Of a DNA stretch of 64,000 nucleotides, positions 1 to 21,420 are shown in pieces (within the stretch, counting starts at the first letter, position 1; each line of letters starts with the position of its first letter). This DNA is from the human T2T-CHM13v2.0 reference genome, Homo sapiens: NCBI RefSeq assembly GCF_009914755.1, contig NC_060928.1, one strand, 5' to 3'. The notes beneath the pieces were generated by a model that worked only from the letters and a program-made list of their open reading frames with translations, ran no database searches and was not told the origin of the DNA. The translations under genes were made by a program, and so were the position numbers.

Positions 1-311
1 CTCTCATAATTCCCACATGCTGTGGGAGGAACCTGATGGGAGATAATTGAATCATGGGGGCAGGGCTTTTTTGTGCTATTCTTGTGATAGTGAATAAGTC
101 TTGAGAGATCTGATGATTTTAACACGGGGAATTTTCTTACACAAGCTCTCTTCTCTTTTCTACTGTCATGTGAGACTTGCCTTTCCCCTTCCACCATATT
201 TGTGAGGCCTCCCCAGCCACATAGAACTGTGAGTCCATTTAACCTCTTTCTTCTGTAAATTGCCCAGTCTCAGGTATGTCTTTATCAGCAGTGTGAAAAT
301 GAACTAAAACA
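1..311 (+). mobile_element. THE1 (THE1B-like) ERVL-MaLR LTR, 5' end outside window
   Basis: Typical THE1 text (ataattcccacatgctgtgggagg, gtgatagtgaataagtc, cccagtctcaggtatgtctttatcagcag) ending gaactaaaaca. Confidence 0.88.
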
Positions 312-399
312 ATCTTATAAGTGAAAAATTTATATTCTATTCCCTATAAACTTATTGCATTATACTTTCAAAACATATGCAGTTTATCAATAAAGACTT

Positions 400-2172
400 T
401 TAGTACACTATAGCAAAAAAAAAAGAAAAAGAAAATGGAAAATTCACAAATACATGGAAACTAAACAGCACTCCCATAAGCAACCATTGGGTCAAAGAGG
501 AACTCAAAAGAGAATTTTGAAAATATTTCAAGGCAAATGGAAATAAAAACAAAATATACCAAAATGTATGAAATGCAGCTAAAGTAATACTAATAGAAAA
601 CTTGATTCTGATCAATGCCTACATTAAAAAAGAAAAAAACTAACTCAAATAAACATCTTAACTTTATATCTTGAGGAACTAGAAAAACAGGAACAAAGTC
701 CAAAGTTAGCAGAAGCAAGGACATAATATATGTTAGAGAAGAAATAAATCAAATAGAGAATAGAAAAACAATTGAAACACTGATGCAACTAAGATTTTTT
801 TCAAAAAGATAGACAAAGGTGACAAGCCCTTATCTAGACAAACTAAGAAAATAGAGACAAGACTCAAGTAAATAAAAATAAATTTAAAAACATAAGAAAT
901 TATTAGGTACAATTATATGCCAATATATTGGATAACCTAGAAGAAATGGACAAATCCCTAAGAATGTATGATCTACAAGACTGAATGAAGAATAAATAGA
1001 AAGTCTGAACAAACCAATAATATATAAGGAGATTAAATCAGTAATCAGAAACCTCTCACCCTCTAAAAAGCCAAAGACCAGAAGGCTTCACAGGTGCATT
1101 CTACTAAACATTTAAAGAAGAATTAGTACCAATTTGTCATAAATCCTTTTTAAAAAAATAAAAGAATAAGAAACACTTTCAAACTTATTTAATGAGGCTA
1201 GCATTATCCTGATACTAAGGCAAACAAATACATCACAAGAAAAGAAAATGATAGGCAAAATATCCCTAATAAACAAAGATGTAAAAATTCTTAGTAAAAT
1301 ATTAGCAAACCAAGTTCAACAGCACATTAAAATGATTACATAACATGGCCATGTGGGATTTATCCTTGAAATGTAAGGATAGCTAAGCATATAAAAATCA
1401 ATCAATGTTATACAACACATTAAAAGAATGAAGACTAAAAATCACATTATCGTCTCAATTGATGCAGAAAAAGCTTTTGACAACATTCAATGTTCATTTG
1501 TGATTAAAAAAAAACCTCAGCAAAAGAGGTATGAAAGTAATCTACATCAACATAATAAAGGCAATATATGAAAAGCCCACAACTAGCAACACAATTAATG
1601 GGAAATAACTAAAAGCTCTTTCTCTAAACTAAGCTCCAGTACAAGTCAGGGATGCTCACTGTCACCACATCTACTCAACCTAATACCAGAAGGCCCAAGC
1701 AATTAGACTAAAAAACAAATAAAGAGCATTCAGATCTGAAAGGAAGATATATCATTATCTATGCTGGTAGAAAACACAATCATATATATAGGAAATTATA
1801 AAAACTCAATAACAACAACAAAAAACTATTATGGCTAATAAATATATTCAGTAAAATTACCAAATACAAAATCTTCATACAAAAATCCGTAATATTTCTC
1901 TATACAAACAATAAACTATCTAAAACAATTAAGAAAACAAACTTGTGTAAAATAGCAACAGAAAGAATAAAATAGGAATAAGCTTAATCAAATAGTTGAA
2001 AGCCTTGTACATTGAAAATTATGAAACACTGATTAAGTAAATTTAAAAAGACACAGATGAATAGAAAGATATTCTGTGTTCATGGATTAGAATAATTAAT
2101 ATTGTTAAAGTGTTCATACTTCCCAAAGTGATCTACATATTCCATGTAATTACTATCAAAATCCCAATGGCA
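400..2172 (+). mobile_element. Old LINE-1 (L1MA8/9-like) ORF2 remnant, segment 1
   Basis: A-rich degenerate ORF2 colinear with the young L1 at ~11000-12800 (aacctagaagaaatggacaaat, tcaattgatgcagaaaaagc); interrupted at 2172. Confidence 0.8.
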
Positions 2173-5717
<3,545 letters not shown>

Positions 5718-5732
5718 AATATGCCAATGGCA

Positions 5733-6802
5733 CTCTTTATAGAAAAAAAATCCTAAAATTCATATGAAACCACAAAAGACCCCAATAGCCAAAGTAATCT
5801 GGAGCAAAAAGATCACAGCTGGAGGCATCACTCTACCTGACTTCAAAACATATACGTCAAAGCTACAGTAATCAAAACAATATGCTACTGGCATAAAAAC
5901 AGACATATGGCTCAATGGAACAGAATGGAGAACTCAGAAATACATCCATCCATGCATCTGTAGCCAATTGATCTTTGACAAGACTGTTGAGAACACACAA
6001 TGAAGAAAGAATGGTCTCTTCAATAAATGTTGTTTGGAAAACTGGAGGTCCATATGCAGAAGAAAACAATTGGACTCATCCCATACCATATACAAAGATA
6101 AACTAAAAATGGATTAAAGACTTAAACCTAAGACATGACACCATAAAACAGCTGCAAGAAAACATGGACAAAATCCTTTTGGCATTGATCTGGACAATAA
6201 TATTTTTTATATGATATCAAAAACAAAGGTGACAAATGCAAAAATGGACTGGTAGGATTTCATCAAACCACACCGAGCTCTGCACAGCAAAAGAAACAAT
6301 TAAAAGATTCAAAAGGTCACCTGCAGAATGGGGGGGCAAATATTTTCAAAATAGATATCTGATAAAGAGTAAGTATCCAAAATATGCAAGTAGCTCATTA
6401 TATTAGTCTGTTTTCACGCTGCTGATGAATACATACCCAAGACTGGGAAGGACAAGAGGTTTAATTGGACTTACAGTTCCACATGGCTGGGGAGGCCTCA
6501 GAATCATGGCAGGAGGTGAAAGGCACTTCTTACATGGTGTTGGCAAGAGAAAATGAGGAAGACGCAAAAGTGGAAACCCCTGATAAACCCATCAGAGTTC
6601 ATGAGACTTATTCACTATCACGAGAATAGCATGGAAAAGACCTACCCCATGATTCAATTACCTCCCCCTGGGTCCCTCCCACAACACATGGAATTCTGGG
6701 AGATACCATTCAAGTTGAGATTTGGGTGGGGACACAGCCAAACCATATCACTCATATAACTCAATAACAAAAAAAATTCTCAATTAAAAAGACAGGCAAA
6801 GA
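5733..6802 (+). mobile_element. Old LINE-1 (L1MA8/9-like) ORF2 remnant, segment 2, split by THE1 LTR
   Basis: Resumes where segment 1 stopped (cctaaaattcatatgaaaccacaaaagacc, gctggaggcatcactctacctgacttcaaa). Confidence 0.8.
6399..6750 (-). mobile_element. THE1A-like solo LTR
   Basis: tatattagtctg...cagccaaaccatatca with perfect 5-bp TSD ctcat (6394-6398 / 6751-6755). Confidence 0.92.
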
Positions 6803-8340
6803 GAGACTTCCAGTTTATGTTTTCACATGTGAGGAACTTGAAAATTCCCACTCTAGTATAACAAGAAGTAAAAAAGTTCAGCAGCCTGAAAAAATTAACA
6901 ACTCTTATTTAATCTACAAGAAAGATGAGGACACACAGCAAACCACTGCCCCCAAGATTGAAGAGACAGACAGGTGAATACAGACAGTCACAGTTTACTA
7001 GCGAAAAGGATCAGGAGTGGGAACCACCTAAGGAGCTGTAATAAAACCTTACCTGAAATTGATGAATTGCTAGCAGCACAGTGTGGACCAATCTGAGACT
7101 TTAAAACTCTGGAGGCAGCAGGGGGTGGTCAGTCATATGGGGATCCCCACAATTTTGTGAGTTTTATCTCCAGGAACTGAACTAGGTTCTCACAGTAAAT
7201 ATCAGAGAAAATATCCTCTTGCTTCTGCCAGAGGAAGAAGAAGAACCCTTTTGAAGTACATCACAGCACTCTATTCTTTTTACCAAGGTCTGCCCTCAAG
7301 AGAAATTATTTAACAAAACCCTAACCTACTGGGGTTTTATCAGTGCCTAGCTCAGGTGGTAAAAGGGAAATACCTGACTCCAGCCAGTTTTAGTCATTCT
7401 GTCCCACTTAAGGGAACCAGAGAGAGAAACTGAGGAGCACTAGTAAAGCTTAGAGTACAAAAGTTAAAAGACTGAGACCTGATAATAGAACTATGAAACA
7501 CTTTCCTCACCTCGGCACTTTACTACCACATTCCTAAATGCATAGTACCCAGTACATGATGTCTAACTATCAAAAAAGAAAAAAATGTGCAAGCCTTACT
7601 AAAAGGCAAAAAAAGACAATTTGAAGAGACAAGCATTAGAACAAGACATGACAGAAATGTCTGAATTATCATACTGGAAATTTAAAACAATAGTGGTTAG
7701 TATGCTAAGGAAATGTAAGCAGATGAGAAATGTAAGCACAAAGATGGAAATCCTAAGAAAGAACTAAAAAGAAATGCTAGAGATTAAAAAAAAAAAAAAC
7801 TGTAGTAGAAATGAAGAACCGCCTTGATTGTCTTATTAGTAGACTGAACATGGCTGAGGGAAAAATCTCTGAGCTTGAGATTTATCAATAGAAAACTTCA
7901 CAAATAAAAGCAATGAGAACAGAGACTTAAAAAATAGAAAAGCATGTCAAAGGACTGTGAGACTACTATAAAAGTTGTAACATACATTTAACAGAAATAC
8001 TAAAGGGAGAAGAAAGAGAGAGGGGAACAGAAAAATATTAAAAACAATAAGGAGTGAAAATTTCCTAATATTTATGTCAGACACCAAACCACAGACCCAG
8101 AAATTCACAGAACCACCAAGCAAGATAAATGTAAAAACAAAAACAAAAACAAAACTTTAAGCCCTGCACCAAGGCAAATCATTTATATTCAAAACAAAAA
8201 ATCAAAGATAATAATAAAATTTCTGAAAGAAACTAGAGGCAAAAAACAGACTTTTTTATAAAGGAACAAACATAAGAATTGCATCCAATCTCTCCTCAGA
8301 CACTGTACAAGCAAAAAAAAAAGAGTAAAGAAAAAATATT

Positions 8341-9234
8341 AGATGGCCGAATAGGAACAGCTCTGGTCTACAGCTCCCAGCCTGAGCGACACAGAAAACG
8401 GGTGATTTCTGCATTTCCATCTGAGGTACCGGGTTCATCTCACTAGGGAGTGCCAGACAGTGGGCACAGGTCAGTGGGTGCGCACACCGTGCATGAGCCG
8501 AAGCAGGGCGAGGCATTGCCTCACTCAGGAAGCACAAGGGGTCAGGGAGTTCCCTTTCCTAATCAAAGAAAGGGGTGACGGACGGCACCTGGAAAAATGG
8601 GTCACTCCCACCCGAATACTGTGCTTTTCCGACGGGCTTAAAAAACGGCGCACCACGAGATTATATCCCGTACCTGGCTCGGAGGGTCCTACGCCCACGG
8701 AGTCTCGCTGATTGCTAGCACAGCAGTCTGAGATCAAACTGCAAGGTGGCAGCGAGGCTGGGGGAGGGGCGCCCACCATTGCCCAGGCTTGATTAGGTAA
8801 ACAAAGCAGCCTGGAAGCTCGAACTGGGTGGAGCCCACCACAGCTCAAGGAGGCCTGCCTGCCTCTGTAGGCTCCACCTCTGGGGGCAGGGCACAGACAA
8901 ACAAAAAGACAGCAGTAACCTCTGCAGACTTAAATGTCCCTGTCTGACAGCTTTGAAGAGAGCAGTGGTTCTCCCAGCACGCAGCTGGAGATCTGAGAAT
9001 GGGCAGACTGCCTCTTCAAGTGGGTCCCTGACCCCTGACCCCTGAGCAGCCTAACTGGGAGGCACCCTCCAGCAGGGGCACACTGACACCTCACACTGCA
9101 GGGTACTCCAACAGACCTGCAGCTGAGGGTCCTGTCTGTTAGAAGGAAAACTAACAAACAGAAAGCACATCCACACCAAAAACCCATCTGTACATCACCA
9201 TCATCAAAGACCAAAAGTAGATAAAACCACAAAG
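8341..9234. promoter_or_regulatory. L1 5' UTR with internal sense and antisense promoters
   Basis: CpG-rich L1 5' UTR upstream of the ORF1 ATG at 9235; promoter function is family knowledge, not shown for this copy. Confidence 0.75.
8525..8779 (-). CDS. ORF0: L1 ORF0 (antisense ORF), open, 84 aa
   Basis: MVGAPPPASLPPCSLISDCCASNQRDSVGVGPSEPG... matches primate ORF0; ATG at 8779 in gcaATGg context; expression unknown. Confidence 0.6.
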   Translation of the reverse strand: MVGAPPPASLPPCSLISDCCASNQRDSVGVGPSEPGTGYNLVVRRFLSPSEKHSIRVGVTHFSRCRPSPLSLIRKGNSLTPCAS

Positions 9235-10242
9235 ATGGGGAAAAAACAGAGCAGAAAAACTGGAAACTCTAAAAAGCAGAGCGCCTCTCCTCCTCCAAAG
9301 GAATGCAGCTCCTCACCAGCAATGGAACAAAGCTGGACGGAGAATGACTTTGATGAGCTGAGAGAAGAAGGCTTCAGACGATCAAATTACTCTGAGCTAC
9401 AGGAGGACATTCAAACCAAAGGCAAAGAAGTTGAAAACTTTGAAAAAAATTTAGAAGAATGTATAACTAGAATAACCAATACAGAGAAGTGCTTAAAGGA
9501 GCTGATGGAGCTGAAAACCAACGCTCAAGAACTACGTGAAGAATGCTGAAGCCTCGGGAGCCAATGCGATCAACTGGAAGAAAGGGTATCAGCAATAGAA
9601 GATGAAATGAATGAAATGAAGCGAGAAGGAAAGTTTAGAGAAAAAAGAAATGAGCAAAGCCTCCAAGAAATATGGGACTATGTGAAAAGACCAAATCTAC
9701 ATCTGATTAGTGTACCTGAAAGTGATGGGGAGAATGGAACCAAGTTGGAAAACACTCTGAAGGATATTATCCAGGAGAATTTCCCCAATCTAGCAAGGCA
9801 GGCCAACGTTCAGATTCAGGAAATACAGAGAACGCCACAAAGATACTCCTCGAGAAGAGCAACTCCAAGACACATAATTGTCAGATTCACCAAAGTTGAA
9901 ATGAAGGAAAAAATGTTAAGGGCAGCCAGAGAGAAAGGTCGGGTTACCCTCAAAGGGAAGCCCATCAGACTAACAGCGGATCTCTTGGCAGAAACCCTAC
10001 AAGCCAGAAGAGAGTGGGGGCCAATATTCAACATTCTTAAAGAAAAGAATTTTCAACCCAGAATTTCATATCCAGCCAAACTAAGCTTCATAAGTGAAGG
10101 AGAAATAAAATACTTTACAGACAAGCAAATGCTGAGAGATTTTGTCATCACCAGTCCTGCCCTAAAAGAGCTCCTGAAGGAAGCGCTAAACATGGAAAGG
10201 AACAACCGGTACCAGCCGCTGCAAAATCATGCCAAAATTTAA
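9235..10242 (+). pseudogene. ORF1: L1 ORF1p, disrupted
   Basis: MGKKQSRKTGNSK...; premature TGA at 9547-9549 and a 9-nt in-frame deletion near 9645; remainder is ORF 9607-10242. Confidence 0.95.
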
Positions 10243-10290
10243 AGACCATCGAGACTAGGAAGAAACTGCATCAACTAACAAGCAAAATAA

Positions 10291-14126
<3,836 letters not shown>

Positions 14127-14325
14127 ACAATGAGATCACATGGACACAGGAAGGGGAACATCACACTCTGGGGACTGTTGTGGGGTGGGGGGAGGGGGGA
14201 GGGATAGCATTGGGAGATATACCTAATGCTAGATGATGAGTTAGTGGGTGCAGCACACCAGCATGGCACATGTATACGTATGTAACTAACCTGCACAATG
14301 TGCACATGTACCCTAAAACTTAAAG

Positions 14326-14327
<2 letters not shown>

Positions 14328-14360
<33 letters not shown>
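14328..14360 (+). repeat. (TAA)n microsatellite in L1 tail
   Basis: About 11 TAA units directly visible. Confidence 0.9.
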
Positions 14361-14363
<3 letters not shown>

Positions 14364-15331
14364 GAAAAAAAGAAAAAATATTTAAAGTATTAACAGAGAA
14401 AAAAAACCCTACTAATCTATAATTCTGTACTGCAAACTTATCTGTCAAAAGTGAATGAGAAATACTTTCTCAGAGAAAACTTAAAAGAATTTATTGCCAG
14501 TAGACCTGCCTTGCAAGAAATGTTAAAAGAAATATTTTTTTTAAAGGGGAGGATATTAATATATGTAAGAAACTCAGATCTTCATAAGGAAAGGAAGAAC
14601 ATAAAAGAAGGAATAAGTGAAGGTAAAATAGAATGTTTATTTTTCTTATTCTTAATCTAACAGATAAGAGTTTATTGAAAATAATAAGCGTTTATATTTT
14701 TTATATATGCTTATATATAAGTGAAATAAATGATAGTAATAATAAAGGGATGGTAAGAAGAAATTAGAATAATTTTGTTATTATAAGCTACTTACACTAC
14801 CTGTGAAGTGGTATAGTTTTCTATGAAATCGGATTTGAATTAGTTGTAAATATATATTGCAAACTCTACAGCAACCACTAAAAGAAATAAAAACACAAAA
14901 GTAAAACTAACAGGTTTATAAAGTAGAGAAAACAGAATTATACAAAATGCTCAATTAAAATTATAAAAAGCAGAAAAAGAATGGAAGACGAAAATAGTTA
15001 CAAAGAACAAGAAGAGCAAATTAAAAAGTAATAAATGTGATAGATATTAACCCAACTATAACAATAATCACTTTGAATGTCAGTGGTCTAAATGTCAATA
15101 ATTTAAATACAACAATTAAAAGACAGTTATTGTCAGAGTGGATAAAAAAAAAGACCTGACTATATGTTGTCTGTGAGAAACCCATTTCAAATATACACAA
15201 ATACATTAAAAGTAAATGGGTGGCAAAAATATACCATACTAACATTAATCATAATAAAGCAGAAGTAGCTACATAAATTTCAGACAGAGCAGGCTTCAGT
15301 AACAAAAACAGAAAAATCTCAAAATACATAG

Positions 15332-15634
<303 letters not shown>

Positions 15635-15878
15635 AACAACACACTTTTAAATAACATGAATCAAAGAAGAAATCTCAAGAGAAATTTAAAAATATTTTAA
15701 ACTAAATGAAAATAAAAATACAGCTTATCAAAATTTGTGGGATGGAGCAAAAGCAGCGCTTAGAGGAAAAATATATAGTATTGAATGTATATGTTAGGAA
15801 AGAATATAAAATCAATAATCTAGGCTTCCATTTTAGAAAACTAGAAAAAAGCAAATTAAATCCAAAGTGAGCAGAAGA

Positions 15879-15881
15879 AAA

Positions 15882-15928
<47 letters not shown>

Positions 15929-15929
15929 A
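15879..15929 (+). repeat. (AAAT)n microsatellite
   Basis: About 12 AAAT units. Confidence 0.95.
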
Positions 15930-16130
15930 AGTTAAAACAGAAATCAATGACATTGGAAACCAGGAATCCATAGAAAAAAAATCAATGAAACCAAAAGCTA
16001 ATTCCTTGTAAAGATCAATAATATGTATAAACCTTAACCAGGCTAATTAAGAAAAAAAGAGAAAGGCCACAAATCACTAATATCAGAGGGGACATCACTA
16101 CAGCTCCCACGAACATTATAAGAATAATAA

Positions 16131-16608
<478 letters not shown>

Positions 16609-16727
16609 TTAGGTAAGTGCAAAAGTAACTGTGGTTTTTGCATTGTTAGAATTTGCCATTTGATATTAGAATACATTCCTAAATAAATGTGGTTATGTTA
16701 TACATCATTTTAATGGGCATTTCTCGC
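16609..16727 (+). mobile_element. Hsmar1 mariner transposon 5' fragment (TIR plus ~90 bp)
   Basis: ttaggtaagtgcaaaagtaactgtggtttttgcattgttagaatttgcc...atacatcattttaatgggcatttctcgct matches the Hsmar1 left end as I recall it. Confidence 0.85.
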
Positions 16728-19624
16728 TAGATGAAACAGATCAATTTCTTAAAGACACAATTTGTCAAAACTCACACAAAAATAGACAATCTTAATAGAC
16801 CAATATCTATTGAAGATATTGAATCAATAATTATGAACCTTCTAAAACAGAAAGCACTAAACCCAGGTGAGTTCATTGGTGAATTTGACCACACATTTAA
16901 AGAAGAAATTATACCAATTATCTACAATTCTCTCAGAAGAGAAAAGCAGAGGAAATACTTCCTAACTAATTCTATGAGACCAGTAATAAATATCTTAATA
17001 TCAAAACCAGACAATGACATTACAAGGAAAGAAAACTGTAGACCAATATCTCTCATGAATATAGATGTAAAAATCCTCAATGAAGTATTAACAGAGAATC
17101 CAACAAGATAGAAATAGAATTAGTCACCACAACCAAGTGGAATTTATCCCAAGTATGCAAAGCTCATTTAATTTTCCAAAATCAATTAATGTATCACATC
17201 ACATCAACAGGCTAAAAAAGAAAATCACATGATTATACCAGATTCAGCAAAAACATTTGACAAAATAAAGCCTTCATTTATAATAAAACTCTCAGTAAAC
17301 TAGGACTACAGGGAAACTCCTTCAACTTTATAAAGAATATCAACAAAAACCTACAACTAACATCGTACTTAATAATAAGAAACTGGAAGCTTCCCATTAA
17401 GATCAAGAACAAGGCAAGGGTTTCTTCTCTCACCATTCCTTTTCAACTCTTATTGGCATGATGCAATATTAGCTAATGCAATAATACAAGAAAAGGGAAA
17501 AAGGTATATAGATGGGAATTTTAAAAATCATTTTTATTCACCGTTGATATGATTGTTTATGTAGAAAATCTGAAAGAATCAACAATAACGACAACAACAA
17601 AATCTCCTAGAACTAACAAGTGACTGTAGCAAGATTGCAAGATTCAGGTTAGTATATAAATGTCAACCGCTTTTTTATAAACCAGTAACAAACAAGTGGA
17701 ATTTGAAATTTAAAAGACAATACAATTTACACAAGAGCCTCCAAAAATGCAATTCTTAGGTATAAACGTAACAAAATGCATATAAGATCTCTATGAGAAA
17801 AACTACAAAACTCAGATGAAAGAAATCAAAGATGAACTAAATAAATGGAGACATCAGTTCTTCCCTACTTTATCGATTCAATGTAATCCTAAGCAAAATC
17901 CCAGCAAGATATTTTGTAGATATTGACCATCTGATTTTAAAGTTTATATGGTGAGGCAAAAGGCCCAAAATAGCCAAATCAATAATGAAGGAGAACAACA
18001 AAGTTGGAGGACTGACACTAGCCAATTTCAAAGCATACTGTAAAGCAGTAGTAATCACAACAGCATTGACAAAAGACTAGACAAATACATCAATGGACCA
18101 GAATAGAGAGCACAGAAATAGACCCACATAAACATAATAAACTGATCTTTGACAAAGAAGCAAAGGCAGTTCAAGGGACAAAAGATAGTCTGTCTTCTCA
18201 ACAAACTGTTGGGGGAGCCAGGGAACAAATGGATACCTACACGCAAAAAAATAAACCTATAGCCACAGGCCTTACACCCCACACAAAAACTCAAAATGTA
18301 TCACAGGTCTAAATGTAAAATGCAAAACTATAGAACACCCAGAAAGTAACATAGAAGAAAACCTAGATGACCTTGTGTCTGGCAATGACTTTTTAGATAC
18401 AATAAAAAAGGTATGATCTAAGAAAGAAATAATTGATCAGCGAAATTTCATTAAAATTAAAAGCTGCTCTGTGAATGTCAAGAGAAAGAATATAAGCCAC
18501 AGACTGGGAGAAAATATTTGCAGAAGGCATATCTAATAAAGAACTGTTATCTAAAATATACAAAGAATTATTTAAAAACACAAATAAAACAACCTGACTA
18601 AACATTGGACCGAAGACCTTAATATATGCCTCACTGAAGAAAATATAAAGATGACAAGTAAGAATATGAGAAGATGCTCTACATCATATATCACCAGGGA
18701 AATGCAAGTTAAAACAATCATGAGATACTATTACACACCTACTAGAATGGCCAAACTCCAGAACACTGACAATATCAAATGCTGACAATATTAAATGCTG
18801 ATAAGAATGTAGAGCAACAAGAACTCTCATTCACTGCTAGTGGGAATACAAAATGATACAGCCACTTTGGAAGAGAGTTTGGTAGGTTTTTGCAAAATGA
18901 AACATGCTTTCATCATATAATCCTGCACTCATACTCTTTGGTATCTCCCAAAGGAGCTGAAGAACCCATGTCCACATAAGAACCTACACGTGGATGTTTA
19001 TAAAATCTTCATTTATAATTGCTAAAACTTAGAAGCAATTGAGATGTCCTTCAGTAGGTGAATGAATAAATAAATTGTAGTACATCCTGACAATGAAATA
19101 TTCTTCAGCACCAAAAAGAAATAAGCTGTAAAGGCTTGAAAAGCATGGAAGGATGTTCAAGGCATGTTACTAAGTGAAAGTAACCAATCTGAAAAAGGCT
19201 CCATACTATATGATTCCAACTATATGATATTCTGGAAAAGGCAAAACTTTGGAGACAGTAAAAAGTTCAGTGGTTGCCAGGGATTGAGGGGTGCAGAAGG
19301 AATAAATAGGTGGAGCTTAGATCACTTTTAGGGTGGTGAAAATACTTAGTACGATACTATAATAATGAATCCATGTCATTATACATTTGTCCAAACTCAT
19401 AAAATGCACAACACCAAGAGTGACCCCTAATGTAAGCTATAGATTTGGAGTGATGGTGATGTGTCAATATAGGTTAATCAACTCTAGCAAATGTACCACT
19501 CTGTTGTGGTATGTTGATAATCAGGGAGACTATGCAAGAGGCAGGGAGTATATGGGAAATCTCTGTACCTTCCTCTCAACTTTGCTGTGAACCTAAAACT
19601 GCTCTAGAAAATTGTCTTTAAAAA

Positions 19625-19924
19625 GGGGGAAATACCTAAATAGATAGTTCTCAAAATAAGACATACTAATGGAACCCCATGTACTCTGCTTGTGAGAATG
19701 TAAATTGGTACAGCCATTCAGCAAAGCAATATGGAAGACTCTCAAAAAATTTAAAATAGAACGACCTTGTGATCCAGCAATCCCACTTCTAGGTATATAG
19801 CCAAATGAAATGAAATCAATATTGCAAAGAGACATCTGTTCTGCCATGTTCATTGCACCATTATCCACAACAGCCAAGATAAAATAACAACCTAAATGCC
19901 CATCAATGGATGAATGTGAATGTG

Positions 19925-19962
<38 letters not shown>

Positions 19963-20210
19963 CTAATGTATATGTCTGACAATGTCAATTGACTGTAGTT
20001 AATACTGTATTGTATTCTTGAAATTTACTAAAAGGGTAGATCTTAAGTGCTCTTGCCACCAAAAATAAAGGAAAGAAAATGGTAAATAAATGAGGTGATG
20101 GATATGTTAATTTGCTTGATTAAGGAAATTATTTCACAATGTGTGTATATATATATTTCTTATACATATATCAAAAATTATGCATATCATAAAAGGTTAT
20201 ATACTTTAAA
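19625..20210 (+). mobile_element. Old LINE-1 (L1MA8/9-like) 3' end, segment 3
   Basis: Resumes ORF2 after 6802 (cctaaatagatagttctcaaaataagacata); 3' UTR gtagatcttaagtgctct...gaggtgatggatatgttaatt. Confidence 0.75.
19927..19960 (+). repeat. (GT)17 microsatellite
   Basis: Directly visible. Confidence 0.95.
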
Positions 20211-20221
20211 AAAGAAAAATT

Positions 20222-20315
20222 TCAAATACATTATCTCATGTGAGCCTCACACAAACCCTGAGAGTGTGGAAATTACACCTTCGTTTCACAAACAAGGAAT
20301 CAGAGGCTTCAGGAA
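20222..20315 (-). mobile_element. MIR fragment
   Basis: acattatctcatgtgagcctcacacaaaccctgag...tttcacaaacaaggaatcagaggc core. Confidence 0.5.
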
Positions 20316-20389
20316 AACAACAAAAATAACAATAAGTAAAACAAAATGCTCAAATCCTCATTAAATGGCAGAGCTAAAATTTTACTAAT

Positions 20390-21420
20390 TACACTAAACA
20401 ACAATATTTAAGTGACTATTAGGTCCTGCGCACAGTTCTAGAATACTGAGAATATAATGGGGACAAAGTCAGGCCAGCTCTTTGCTCTCATGAAGGACAG
20501 AGATATTAACCAAAGAATCACAAAATTCAGTGTAGGGTTATAAACTGTGATAAGTGAAGAAGAAGGGAGTGGTACTATGAAATGTAAACTCCTCCACCTC
20601 ACCTAGCCTGGAAGGTCAGAAAAGGCTCATTCCCCAAGGATGAGTTGCTTCTGCTGCAACCTGAACAATAAGCTGGGGCTAACCAGGAAAAGAAAATAGG
20701 GGTTGGAAGTAAAAATAGAAGTGGACAGTTTTGAGAGATATTTAGGAGGCAACATCATATAATTTTATGGTGAGTGAATATAGGAAAGGGAGCTGTGGAG
20801 GATGACCCTAGATTTCTGGCTGATCTAATTAGACTGCTGTCATTCATTGAGAGCAAGACAGTGGGAGTGGCTTAGCTTGGAAGGCAGAAAGAAATCATGA
20901 GTTTGGCTTTGGATACAGGAATTGTAAGATGCTTTTGAATCACTAATGGAGAAGCTGAGTGGGGAATTGCAAAGGAGGCCTTGACTGATATAAATGTGTA
21001 AGTCATCAACATACAGATGATGAAATTGAAGCCACGAGTCAGTTGCTTAAGAAGACAGCAAGAAGCAAGAAAATGATCTATGATGAAGTTTAATGAGCTC
21101 CAATTTGTCATGAACAGGAAAAGGAGAATAATCCTGCAAAGAAGATTGAAAGTGAGAAGTGTTTTCTATTATTAAAAACAGAGAAAGAGATTATTCAAGA
21201 ATATAGAATTCTTCTAATTTCAAGTAAAGTTATAGTTGAAAAATATCCTTTAATTTAGTAGTTTACACACAATCAGTGGCCTTTAGTAAGACCCTTCTGG
21301 TGGATAATGATGGTCCAAGGCAGATTAAAGGGTCTTACCAGGAAATGGAAATGGTGATCATGGATTTTTGAGCAGTGTGCCTGAGAAGAAAAGATAGCAA
21401 CAGGCTGTAGCTGGAGAGGA
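20390..21420 (-). mobile_element. L2 fragment
   Basis: L2 3' end reverse pattern (aatatttaagtgactattagg..cacagttctagaatactgag) and tttgagagatatttaggagg. Confidence 0.65.
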
